Shown here piece by piece: positions 8,627 to 17,396 of a stretch of 20,938 nt of DNA. Under the pieces are notes generated by a model. The model was not told the DNA's origin and did not search any database. It saw nothing but the letters and a program-made list of their open reading frames with translations. The DNA is from Desulfurella sp. (lineage in GTDB: Bacteria > Campylobacterota_A > Desulfurellia > Desulfurellales > Desulfurellaceae): contig JAVRLY010000020.1 in the NCBI GenBank assembly GCA_031960885.1, positions 1 through 20,938 of the forward strand. Direction: 5' to 3'. Position 1 is the stretch's first letter; the number at the start of each line of letters is the position of its first letter. The position numbers were made by a program, and so were the translations under genes.

Positions 8627-9283
8627 ATGTCAGAAACAATTGTTGATCCATTTGAAATAAAAGATTGCTCAATATTATCAGTCTCAGTGGGTAAACATGC
8701 TATAAATGTTAAAGAATTGTTTACGCAATTGACAAATGTTGATGTAGATTCTATTTATTTTCATTTCTGGGGAAAATCTTTACGCACGTCATTTAGTACT
8801 CCAGAATTCAACAATGATTTTGCTCAGTGGATAAATGATCAAATTCACGATAGAGCTTTAGCAGAAAAATTGTCTATACTTGAGCCACATGATTATACAA
8901 ATATTGATGATTTGAGACAAGAAATGTTGGATATTATTCAAAGTGCTTTGGAAAGCAATCAAGTTTTGATGTATACAAATGCTCAAGAGCCATTTTACTT
9001 TTTAAAACATAGTATGGTGGTATTTAGTACAAATAAGCTTATTCATTATCCTAAAGAATTTAGTGATATTATTCCTAATTTATCATATGGTTCGTTGTAT
9101 TTTCATTTCATAGATGCAAGGAGACGAACTCCAAATCACAGAGATGATTTTTCAAATTGGATTGCATTATTTGAGGGCTTTGATGATTTAGTTGATATGA
9201 TTATAAACGTTGACCCATTTTACATGTCTTTATCCAAACTAAAAGAAAAGATATTAACAATTTTTATTAGGTTTTTTAGATGA
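8627..9283 (+). CDS. DUF5752/OrfY-like protein of unknown function, associated with TreT
   Basis: Two internal copies of PF...S(I/L)YFHF...(N/D)DF(A/S)xWI; lies 7 nt upstream of treT. Confidence 0.8.
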   Translation: MSETIVDPFEIKDCSILSVSVGKHAINVKELFTQLTNVDVDSIYFHFWGKSLRTSFSTPEFNNDFAQWINDQIHDRALAEKLSILEPHDYTNIDDLRQEMLDIIQSALESNQVLMYTNAQEPFYFLKHSMVVFSTNKLIHYPKEFSDIIPNLSYGSLYFHFIDARRRTPNHRDDFSNWIALFEGFDDLVDMIINVDPFYMSLSKLKEKILTIFIRFFR

Positions 9284-9290
9284 GGTTACA

Positions 9291-10520
9291 ATGCTTGAAG
9301 AGTTAGGTGCAATAGTAGGATATAGTGAAATAGATCATTTAATTCAATTATCAACCTTTTTAAAAAATAAAAAAATCGTTCATGTTAATTCAACAAAAGT
9401 TGGTGGAGGTGTAGCTGAGTTACTAAGCAATATTATACCTCTAAAACAAGAATTAGGTTTAGATGCAACATGGGAAATCATTGTTGGTCAACCAGAATTT
9501 TATAAATGCACAAAGATGTTTCATAATTTGCTTCAAGGCGTTAAGGATCAAATTGTACCAGAGAACTTATTAAAAATCTATGAAAAAACAAATGAGGAAA
9601 ATGCTCAAAGATTATTTGATTTATTAAACGAATCTGATTTTGTATTTATTCATGATCCACAACCAGCTGGTTTGATAAAATATTTTCCCAATCGCAAAGG
9701 AAAATGGGTCTGGAGATGTCATATAGATATTTCAAGACCCAATAGACAGGTGTGGAAATTTTTAAAACAATTTGTAAGCCAATTTGACGCAAGCATATTT
9801 TCTTTAGTAGATTTTGCAAGGAGTTTGCCACATTTACAATATATCATAGCACCTAGCATAAACCCTTTAAGCGACAAAAATAAAGAATTGAGCAAGGAAG
9901 AGATTGCTAAAGTTTATACAGAGTTCAATTTAGATCCGACTAGGCCATTGTTGCTGCAAGTTTCGCGTTTTGATAGATTTAAAGATCCAATAGGTGTGAT
10001 TAATGCTTATAAATTAGTGAAAAAATCAATTCCATCAGTTCAATTGGTGTTGGCCGGTGGATCAGCAGATGACGATCCAGAAGGTAGTATTGTTTTAGAA
10101 GAGACGCTTACAGCTGCAAACTCAGACAAAGATATACATATTTTATCCCTACCGCCAGACGCCAATATAACAATAAATGCACTTCAAAGAGCTGCTGATA
10201 TTGTAATACAAAAATCTACAAAAGAAGGTTTTGGTCTGACTGTTACGGAAGCTTTATGGAAAAATAAACCTGTAATTGGCGGAAATACTGGCGGTATAAG
10301 ATTACAAGTAATAAACCATTATAATGGCTTTTTGGTAAATACGCCAGAGGGTGCAGCCCTTAGGATAAGACAATTGTTAAGTGATGAAGATTTATTTAAA
10401 AGATTAAAGCGAAAAGGTAAAGAATTTGTTAAAGATAATTTCCTTGTTACAAGACATGTAAGAGAATACTTGACTTTGTTAGTTATGTTACAACAATCGA
10501 GTACTAAAGTTATCTTTTAA
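9291..10520 (+). CDS. treT: Trehalose synthase, glycosyl-transferring (GT4)
   Basis: HVNST..GGGVAELL, HDPQP, WVWRCHID, QVSRFD.FKDP, QKSTKEGFGLTVTEA. Confidence 0.9.
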   Translation: MLEELGAIVGYSEIDHLIQLSTFLKNKKIVHVNSTKVGGGVAELLSNIIPLKQELGLDATWEIIVGQPEFYKCTKMFHNLLQGVKDQIVPENLLKIYEKTNEENAQRLFDLLNESDFVFIHDPQPAGLIKYFPNRKGKWVWRCHIDISRPNRQVWKFLKQFVSQFDASIFSLVDFARSLPHLQYIIAPSINPLSDKNKELSKEEIAKVYTEFNLDPTRPLLLQVSRFDRFKDPIGVINAYKLVKKSIPSVQLVLAGGSADDDPEGSIVLEETLTAANSDKDIHILSLPPDANITINALQRAADIVIQKSTKEGFGLTVTEALWKNKPVIGGNTGGIRLQVINHYNGFLVNTPEGAALRIRQLLSDEDLFKRLKRKGKEFVKDNFLVTRHVREYLTLLVMLQQSSTKVIF

Positions 10521-10522
10521 TT

Positions 10523-12718
10523 TTAATTAGCTGCAAGTTTTTCTAACAACTTTATTACTTGTTGAGGACTTTTTATGTTATATTTTGCTAAGGTTGAAAT
10601 TTCCCCCACTTTTATGGTAATAGCTTCATGAGGCAAGACTTTAAACATATCTTCGTCTGTATAATCATCTCCTATTGCAAGTATAAAGTCATAACTTTTT
10701 AAATCAAATATTTCAGCAACGCAATTTTTGCCTATATTTGCTGGTTTTATTTCCAATATTTTGCTTCCTTTGTTCACTACTAGTTTTGTATTGGATATGA
10801 AGTTTTGAAGATGACCATTGAGCTCTGGTATAAGCATTGCTTGAGTTTCGGGATCTGTATTTCTATAGTGGAAGACAATTGAAAATGTTTTTTCTTCAAT
10901 AAATGCGCCTGGCAACCTATCAATATATAACTTTAGAATATTAAGGATAGCATTTTTCCAACTTGTATCAATATTATTTTGATAGAGTTTCCAATTTGTA
11001 TTAAAGAGTTTAAAAAAAGCACCATGTTCTGCTACTAAACTAATACTTAGATTTTCAAACCAGTTTTGGAGTGTTTCTTTGTCTCGTCCGCTTATAATAG
11101 CAACATGATTATTTTTTTGTATGAGTAAATGTAATAAATGAATCAATTCTTTTGTGGGTCCAGCAGTTTTTGGCGTATTAGTAAATTCTATAAGCGTTCC
11201 ATCATAATCTAACATTATAAGCCTTTTTTGTGTTTTTTTATACTGATCTATTATTTGATTTTCAATTTCTTGATTAATAAACTGAGATTCCATTTGTTTT
11301 TGTAAAAGTGTAATTTTATTTAGTTCATTTAAATAATCACTTACCCACCTAAAAACATTGTATCTACTGATTCTTTCCTGCATATTTTTTATTCTTTCCA
11401 TTTTTTCTTCTTTTGGCATATCTAGAGCTATTTTTATTGATTCACCAATTTCTTCAATACTGTTTGGGTTGATAATTATAGCTTCGAGTAGCTCTTTTGC
11501 TGATCCAGCCATTTCGCTTAGTATCAAAACGCCATTTTTATCTTGTTTGCTGGCTATATATTCTTTTGCTACAAGATTCATACCATCTCTAAGTGGTGTT
11601 ACGAGCATTATATCGCTTGCATTATAAAAAGAAACGAGCGTTTCAAAATCCAACGAGCCATATTTATAAACAATTGGTGTCCATTTTACCGTACTAAATT
11701 TTCCATTTATTCTACCAATAGTTTCATCAATTTGTTTTTTCATTTGTTGATAGTGATAGACGCCTATGCGAGATGGCACTACTACAATTACAAGTGTTAT
11801 ACCTTCTCGCCAATGTGGATTATTTTCAAGGAAATATTCAAAACCAAGCAACCTATTTAATATTCCTTTCGTGTAATCTAAACGGTCTACGCTAAAAATT
11901 ATTTTCTGAAGATAAAACTGTTTTTTAATTTCATCTGTTTTTGAGATGACGGTTTCTATTTTAGTTGAATTGCTAAATTTTAGATAATCAATGCTTATCG
12001 GATGCGTTCCAATTTTTACAAGTCTGCCTTTATTGTTTATTATACCTAAGTTATTTTCCAAATTTAAAAAACGTAAAGCTGCTCTTAGGAAATTGTCTGT
12101 ATATTCGTGTGTGTGAAAACCAATCAAATCAGAACCAAGCAAACCTTCAATAAGCTCAACCCTCCATTTTGATGGTAGAAGCTGAAAAACCTCATATGCA
12201 GGAAATGGTATGTGCAAGAAGAAGCCAATAGGTATACTAGGATAGTTTTGCCGAATTATATTTGGCAATAGCATGAGATGATAATCATGTATCCAAACAA
12301 TATCTTCTTCTGGATTAATAATGTTGCTTAATGCTTTTGCAAATTTTTGATTCACAGATTTATACACATCAAAATGTTCTTTTTCAAAACTTGTAATAGT
12401 TGGAAAATAATGGAATAAAGGCCAAATGGTACGATTGCAAAACCCTAAATAAAACTTATCCATTTCTTTTTCAGTTAAAAAAACTGGGTAACAATGTATA
12501 TTTTGTAGTTGATTCAATATCTCTTCTTGTTCAGATTTATTTGTTGTAGTGATGCCTGGCCATCCTACCCATAAGTATGAAAGTTCTGTCATTTTTTCAG
12601 TATATGCACCAATGCTTGTTATAAGTCCACCACTACTTTTGTGGAGAATATTTTGTTTTGTTTTATTATCTTTTGTGATATTTACTGGCAATCTATTTGA
12701 TACTATTATAATTCTCAT
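10523..12718 (-). CDS. Bifunctional trehalose-6-phosphate synthase/phosphatase (OtsA-OtsB fusion, TPSP)
   Basis: TPS domain: VSNRLP, GGL, WPLFHY, WIHDYHL, FLHIPFP, VDRLDYTKG, DGMNLVAKEY. HAD domain: DYDGTL, SGR, GDDYTDED. Start ATG 12718 (MRIIIVSNRLP) has GGAGG at 12729-12725, so it is preferred over 12790. Confidence 0.96.
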   Translation of the reverse strand: MRIIIVSNRLPVNITKDNKTKQNILHKSSGGLITSIGAYTEKMTELSYLWVGWPGITTTNKSEQEEILNQLQNIHCYPVFLTEKEMDKFYLGFCNRTIWPLFHYFPTITSFEKEHFDVYKSVNQKFAKALSNIINPEEDIVWIHDYHLMLLPNIIRQNYPSIPIGFFLHIPFPAYEVFQLLPSKWRVELIEGLLGSDLIGFHTHEYTDNFLRAALRFLNLENNLGIINNKGRLVKIGTHPISIDYLKFSNSTKIETVISKTDEIKKQFYLQKIIFSVDRLDYTKGILNRLLGFEYFLENNPHWREGITLVIVVVPSRIGVYHYQQMKKQIDETIGRINGKFSTVKWTPIVYKYGSLDFETLVSFYNASDIMLVTPLRDGMNLVAKEYIASKQDKNGVLILSEMAGSAKELLEAIIINPNSIEEIGESIKIALDMPKEEKMERIKNMQERISRYNVFRWVSDYLNELNKITLLQKQMESQFINQEIENQIIDQYKKTQKRLIMLDYDGTLIEFTNTPKTAGPTKELIHLLHLLIQKNNHVAIISGRDKETLQNWFENLSISLVAEHGAFFKLFNTNWKLYQNNIDTSWKNAILNILKLYIDRLPGAFIEEKTFSIVFHYRNTDPETQAMLIPELNGHLQNFISNTKLVVNKGSKILEIKPANIGKNCVAEIFDLKSYDFILAIGDDYTDEDMFKVLPHEAITIKVGEISTLAKYNIKSPQQVIKLLEKLAAN

Positions 12719-13766
12719 GTTTATCCTCCATATGAACACTATTTCTTGTTTTAGGTAAATGTTGAGGCATATTATTTTTAATGTATTCAATTAATTTTTC
12801 CCTAACCAGACATCTTAAATCCCAGAGATCGGAAGAGTTTCTTGCACTTACAAGAGCACGTATTTGTATAGTTTTATCATTTGCGTCTGTAACTTGAATG
12901 CCGCTTGCAGCTCTATCCCACAGTTGTGTAGAATTTAAAATTTCAATTAAAGCTTTTCTTAAGTTTTCAACATTTATTGTATAATCTGTATATAAAAATA
13001 CTGTTCCTAAAAGTTGTTCACTTGTTTTTGTCCAATTTTGAAATGATTTATCAACAAAATAATTAATAGGTATGACCAGTCTCCTTAAATCCCAGATTTT
13101 TAATACAACATATGTTAGTGTTATTTCTTCAACAGTTCCCCATTCGCCTTCAACAATTAACACATCTCCTATTTTTATAGGTTGACTTATTGCTATTTGT
13201 ATGCCAGCAAAAAGCAAATTCAGTGTTTTTTGAGCTGCAAATCCCGCAATTATACCAATAATTCCAGCTGATGTTAAAATGGTTGAACCTAAACTTTTCA
13301 GCGAACTGAAACTTAAAAAAATCAATGCCAAGCATATAATGAATATTATTGCATTTGCTATACTTTTGATGATTTTTAGTTGTGTATTTATTTGTCTTTT
13401 ACTAAAATTATTGACATTAATTAAGTGCTTTTTGCTAATTATGTATTCAAAAAGTGATATTATCTTAACTGAGGCTATGCCAAAAAGTAAAATATATAGA
13501 ATCTGGATTATTTTTGTAATTAAATAGTCGCTACTTGGTTGTTTAAAATTTATGATTGAGCTTAATGCACTAAAGAGCAAAATACTTATAAAGAACCACG
13601 CAGGAAAATAAAAGTAATGCTTAATCTCTTGATAAAAAGGAAATTTTTTTGAAAAGCGCAAGTATATTTTAGTAAGTATGCTGTTTATAATAAATCCCAG
13701 AATAAAGGATAATACAAACAAACAAAAAATTAAAAACTTATCATTAATTAAAAAATTATTTATCAT
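12693..13766 (-). CDS. Small-conductance mechanosensitive channel (MscS family)
   Basis: Hydrophobic N-terminal helices, SAGIIGIIAGFAAQ, PIKIGD, GTVEEITLTY, IPI.YF....FQNWT. 3' end overlaps the TPSP start by 26 nt. Confidence 0.94.
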   Translation of the reverse strand: MINNFLINDKFLIFCLFVLSFILGFIINSILTKIYLRFSKKFPFYQEIKHYFYFPAWFFISILLFSALSSIINFKQPSSDYLITKIIQILYILLFGIASVKIISLFEYIISKKHLINVNNFSKRQINTQLKIIKSIANAIIFIICLALIFLSFSSLKSLGSTILTSAGIIGIIAGFAAQKTLNLLFAGIQIAISQPIKIGDVLIVEGEWGTVEEITLTYVVLKIWDLRRLVIPINYFVDKSFQNWTKTSEQLLGTVFLYTDYTINVENLRKALIEILNSTQLWDRAASGIQVTDANDKTIQIRALVSARNSSDLWDLRCLVREKLIEYIKNNMPQHLPKTRNSVHMEDKHENYNSIK

Positions 13767-13773
13767 TGCATCC

Positions 13774-13802
13774 AGTATAACAAATATTGTTGATTATGTC
13801 AA
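13774..13802 (-). promoter_or_regulatory. sigma70 promoter for mscS-TPSP, positioned to give a leaderless mRNA
   Basis: Minus strand TTGACA (13802-13797), 17 nt, TATACT (13779-13774), then 7 nt to the ATG at 13766. Confidence 0.75.
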
Positions 13803-13820
13803 CTTAAGTGAAAATTTTTG

Positions 13821-13849
13821 TTGCAATTTAGAAAATTATTGTGTATAAA
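13821..13849 (+). promoter_or_regulatory. Candidate sigma70 promoter for the TPR gene
   Basis: TTGCAA (13821-13826), 17 nt, TATAAA (13844-13849). SD GGAGG at 13870-13874. Confidence 0.55.
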
Positions 13850-13879
13850 AGTTAACATATAGAGCACTTGGAGGTTAAA

Positions 13880-14728
13880 ATGAATAGGTTTATCGTGATA
13901 TTAGTTATAGCTTTAGTAACATTTGGTAGCCACTGTTATGCACAAAATTCTTCAAATATAGCCAAATCTATGACATATTTTAATTTAGCTCAGAGTAATT
14001 ATAATAGTAAACAGTATCAAGAAGCAATTGATTATTACACTGAAGCCATATATGCAAACCCAAACGACGATAAGGCATACATTAATAGAGGCATAGTATA
14101 TTACGATTTAAAAAAATACGACCAAGCATTAAGTGATTTTGAAAAAGCCAAAAAAATTAATCCAAATAATCCTTATGCTTACTATAATACTGCCATAGTG
14201 TATTATGTATTAGCAACGAACTCTTGTGAAAATGATGATGCTTATTTTAACTATCAAAAAGCTAAAGATAATTTGACAAAAGCGATACAGATAGATTCTA
14301 ATTTTTATAAAGCTTATATAAATAGGGGCCTTATTAATTACGAGTTAGCCAATTACCAAGATGCTATAAATGATTTTACCAAAGCTATACAAATAAATTC
14401 ACTTGACTACAAAGCGTTTTACAATCGTGGTATTGTTTATTATGTTTTGGGCAATTTTAATGCAGCTAGCGTTGATTTTACAACTGCTATTGAGATTAAC
14501 CCAGATGATGCTGACGCTTATTTTAACCGAGGCCTTGTTTATAAAAAAGAAAATAATACAAAAAATGCCACGATTGATTTTTATAAAGCTGGTTTAATAT
14601 ATATAAAGCATGATAAAAGAAAAGACGCCACAGAATGTGTTGATTTAATACAATTAACCGATGAGTTTTCTACACTAATATATGATTTGAAAACTAAAAT
14701 TGTAGAAAATGAGATTTATAGCAGTTAA
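13880..14728 (+). CDS. Exported tetratricopeptide-repeat protein
   Basis: Signal-peptide-like N-terminus (MNRFIVILVIALVTFGSHCYA) and repeated ~34-aa units AY.NRG..Y..L..Y..A..DF.KAI.INP. ATG 13880 follows GGAGG. Confidence 0.9.
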   Translation: MNRFIVILVIALVTFGSHCYAQNSSNIAKSMTYFNLAQSNYNSKQYQEAIDYYTEAIYANPNDDKAYINRGIVYYDLKKYDQALSDFEKAKKINPNNPYAYYNTAIVYYVLATNSCENDDAYFNYQKAKDNLTKAIQIDSNFYKAYINRGLINYELANYQDAINDFTKAIQINSLDYKAFYNRGIVYYVLGNFNAASVDFTTAIEINPDDADAYFNRGLVYKKENNTKNATIDFYKAGLIYIKHDKRKDATECVDLIQLTDEFSTLIYDLKTKIVENEIYSS

Positions 14729-15311
14729 TTTTTATAAAACAATGTATGGCAACACATGCAGTTTAAATGTTAGAATATTTCCATTGCTTAAAAAAACATT
14801 CCAAAAATAGGTGTTTTATTTTAGAGCCAGTGCTTGTGTAAACAACGAAGAGTTAACGCCCATTTTTTAACTGCACAATTTGATTCACCTTCTATAAAGG
14901 CTAAATTCAGGCAAGTGGTGCATGTGTATTTACACCTTATTATTTAAAGATGTCTTTGGTTTAAAATATATGGACATATCTGGTTGATAAAAAAAGGTTT
15001 ACTTGATTTTTTTTTAAAAAAATATATGCTAATTGACAGTGTTTGAGAAGGTTATTTACTCTGCTTTTTATATCTTGAAAAGGAAACAAAAAAAATGAGT
15101 TTTGGTTGTTTGGGTTTATAAATGTTAAAAAAATTTTTTTTCAAGTTTACACAAAGACACAGAGATTTGCATACCTTTTTGTTAAAAGCGCGTACGAAAA
15201 AAACGCAATTAAAATTAAATGGAAATTTATTGTTAAATTGTGTCATAAAAAAATGCTTTTTATTAGTGTGGTAAACATAGATAGTCTAGAGTATGATGAA
15301 ATATTTGTCTA

Positions 15312-16277
15312 ATGAATAATAAAGCTGTAATTTTGTATTCTAATGGTTTAGATAGTTTGTTGGCGTTAAATATATGTCTTAGATTAGGATTGGATATGTC
15401 AGCACTATTTATAAAAACTCCTTTTTATCAGAGAAATACACAAGATATAAATAAAAATTTAGATAAACTAAAAGTAAAACTCTACACTATTGAGGTATAT
15501 GATGAATATTTTGATATTATAAAAAACCCAAGATATGGTTTTGGTAGGCATTTAAATCCATGTCTTGATTGTAGAATCATGATGTTTGCAAAAGCTAAAG
15601 AGCTAATGAATGAAATAGGGGCATCTTTTATTGTGAGCGGAGAGGTACTTGGAGAGCGACCATTTAGCCAAAGAAATAAAACCAATCTTTTTCTTATAGA
15701 AAACACATTAGGTTTAAATGGCTTAATATTAAGACCGCTGTCAGCCAAACTATTACCGCCAAGCATACCAGAACAAAAAGGAATAGTTGATAGAAACAAG
15801 TTATATGCTATATCTGGCAGGTCTAGAAAGCCACAATTAGCACTCGCAAAGTTATTTAATATAAGTGATTTTGAAACGCCTTCTGGCGGATGTTTGTTAA
15901 CTGAGCCTCATTTTGCAAATAGACTAAAAAATTTTTTAGAACTTAATATATTAGAACAATACAGTCTTGTAAGTATTGGCAGACATTTTAAAATTGACGA
16001 TAATGTGCTTATTGTTGCACGATCAGAAGTTGAATATGAAGCCATAGCTTCTTATAAAGGCACACTTGATTTTTTTGAGACAAAAGATGGACCTGGTGCA
16101 TGTGCAATATTTTTAAAAGAATCTACGCACAGTCAAAAATTGCTTGCATCTAAGATTGTTTTGAGATATTCTAAAAAAGCAAAAAATGTGCTATGTTTTT
16201 CAAAAGGCAATTGTCAGTTATTTGAAAACATAAAACCTATAGAAGAAGAAAAACTTGTTAATTTGAGGGTTGAATAA
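15312..16277 (+). CDS. PP-loop (ThiI/MnmA-like) putative tRNA sulfurtransferase lacking a THUMP domain
   Basis: SNGLDS PP-loop variant, [52 protein letters not shown]. Confidence 0.75.
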   Translation: MNNKAVILYSNGLDSLLALNICLRLGLDMSALFIKTPFYQRNTQDINKNLDKLKVKLYTIEVYDEYFDIIKNPRYGFGRHLNPCLDCRIMMFAKAKELMNEIGASFIVSGEVLGERPFSQRNKTNLFLIENTLGLNGLILRPLSAKLLPPSIPEQKGIVDRNKLYAISGRSRKPQLALAKLFNISDFETPSGGCLLTEPHFANRLKNFLELNILEQYSLVSIGRHFKIDDNVLIVARSEVEYEAIASYKGTLDFFETKDGPGACAIFLKESTHSQKLLASKIVLRYSKKAKNVLCFSKGNCQLFENIKPIEEEKLVNLRVE

Positions 16278-16279
16278 GT

Positions 16280-17341
16280 ATGATAGATAAATTGGAATCT
16301 TTAGAAAAAAAGTATGAAGAAATTCAAGAACAGATGGCTTCTTTTGATGTAATAAGGGATTATGAAAATTTTAAAAATTTAAATGAAGAGCTAAAAAAAA
16401 TTTCACCAATTGTTGAAAAATACAAACTTTATAAGATTTTTCAAGAACAAATCAAACAAAACGAAGAATTATTAAAAGATAGTGAATTAAAAGAACTAGC
16501 AAAAGAAGAAATAAAGGATTTAGAGGCAAAAAGTGTAAAACTTACCGATGAGCTTAAAATAATGTTGCTACCGAAAGATCCATTGGATGAAAAAGACATA
16601 ATATTAGAAATTAGAGCAGGAACGGGTGGAGAAGAAGCTGCCCTTTTTGCTCAAGACTTGTTTAGAATGTATGCTAGATACTCAGAAAATCATAATTTCA
16701 AGGTAGAAATTTTAGAAAAAAGCTTGTCTGATGCAGGTGGTATAAAAGAAATCATTGCCAATATAAGAGGAAAAGGAGCTTATTCTAAATTTAAATACGA
16801 AAGTGGAACACACAGAGTTCAAAGAATACCTGTTACTGAATCACAAGGTAGAATTCACACATCTGCTGCTACTGTTGCAGTGTTGCCCGAAGCTGATGAT
16901 ATTGAGATTAATATAAACCCAGATGATTTAAGAATTGATGTTTATAGATCTTCTGGATCTGGCGGTCAACATGTAAATACCACAGATTCTGCTGTAAGGA
17001 TAACGCATTTACCAACTGGTTTAGTAGTAACATGTCAAGATGAAAAATCCCAATATAAAAATAAAGAAAAAGCTATGAAAATTTTATATGCAAGACTCTC
17101 TGATTTTTATCGAAGCCAACAAAAATTAAAGATAGCAAGTCAAAGAAAAGCTCAAGTTGGTAGTGGTGATAGGTCTGAGCGTATAAGGACTTATAATTTT
17201 CCTCAAGGTCGTGTAACCGACCATAGAATTAACCTAACACTTTATAAACTAGAGCAGATTTTAAATGGTGAATTAGGCGAGCTCATAGAAGCACTCTCAA
17301 TTGCAGATCAATCAAAAAAATTAGCCAGCAGTGACTATTAA
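16280..17341 (+). CDS. prfA: Peptide chain release factor 1
   Basis: [28 protein letters not shown] (PxT, RF1-specific), [18 protein letters not shown]. Confidence 0.98.
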   Translation: MIDKLESLEKKYEEIQEQMASFDVIRDYENFKNLNEELKKISPIVEKYKLYKIFQEQIKQNEELLKDSELKELAKEEIKDLEAKSVKLTDELKIMLLPKDPLDEKDIILEIRAGTGGEEAALFAQDLFRMYARYSENHNFKVEILEKSLSDAGGIKEIIANIRGKGAYSKFKYESGTHRVQRIPVTESQGRIHTSAATVAVLPEADDIEININPDDLRIDVYRSSGSGGQHVNTTDSAVRITHLPTGLVVTCQDEKSQYKNKEKAMKILYARLSDFYRSQQKLKIASQRKAQVGSGDRSERIRTYNFPQGRVTDHRINLTLYKLEQILNGELGELIEALSIADQSKKLASSDY

Positions 17342-17396
17342 ATGAACTTTATATATAATTGATTTTCATATATTTCATTTTTATCTCATGTTAGGT

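Noticed and set aside
12719..12790. 24-aa N-terminal extension of TPSP in the ORF track
   Set aside because: It lies inside mscS. ATG 12718 has a GGAGG SD and gives the family-typical start MRIIIVSNRLP.
13980..14560. Periodic similarity in the DNA suggesting a repeat array or CRISPR
   Set aside because: Explained by degenerate TPR-coding units; there are no identical repeats with unique spacers.
15052..15246. 64-aa minus-strand ORF in the long spacer
   Set aside because: Composition is dominated by homopolymer-derived F/K/N codons, with no SD and no motif.
16280..17341. Possible RF2 with programmed frameshift
   Set aside because: The ORF is uninterrupted and carries the RF1 PxT motif (PVT), not SPF.
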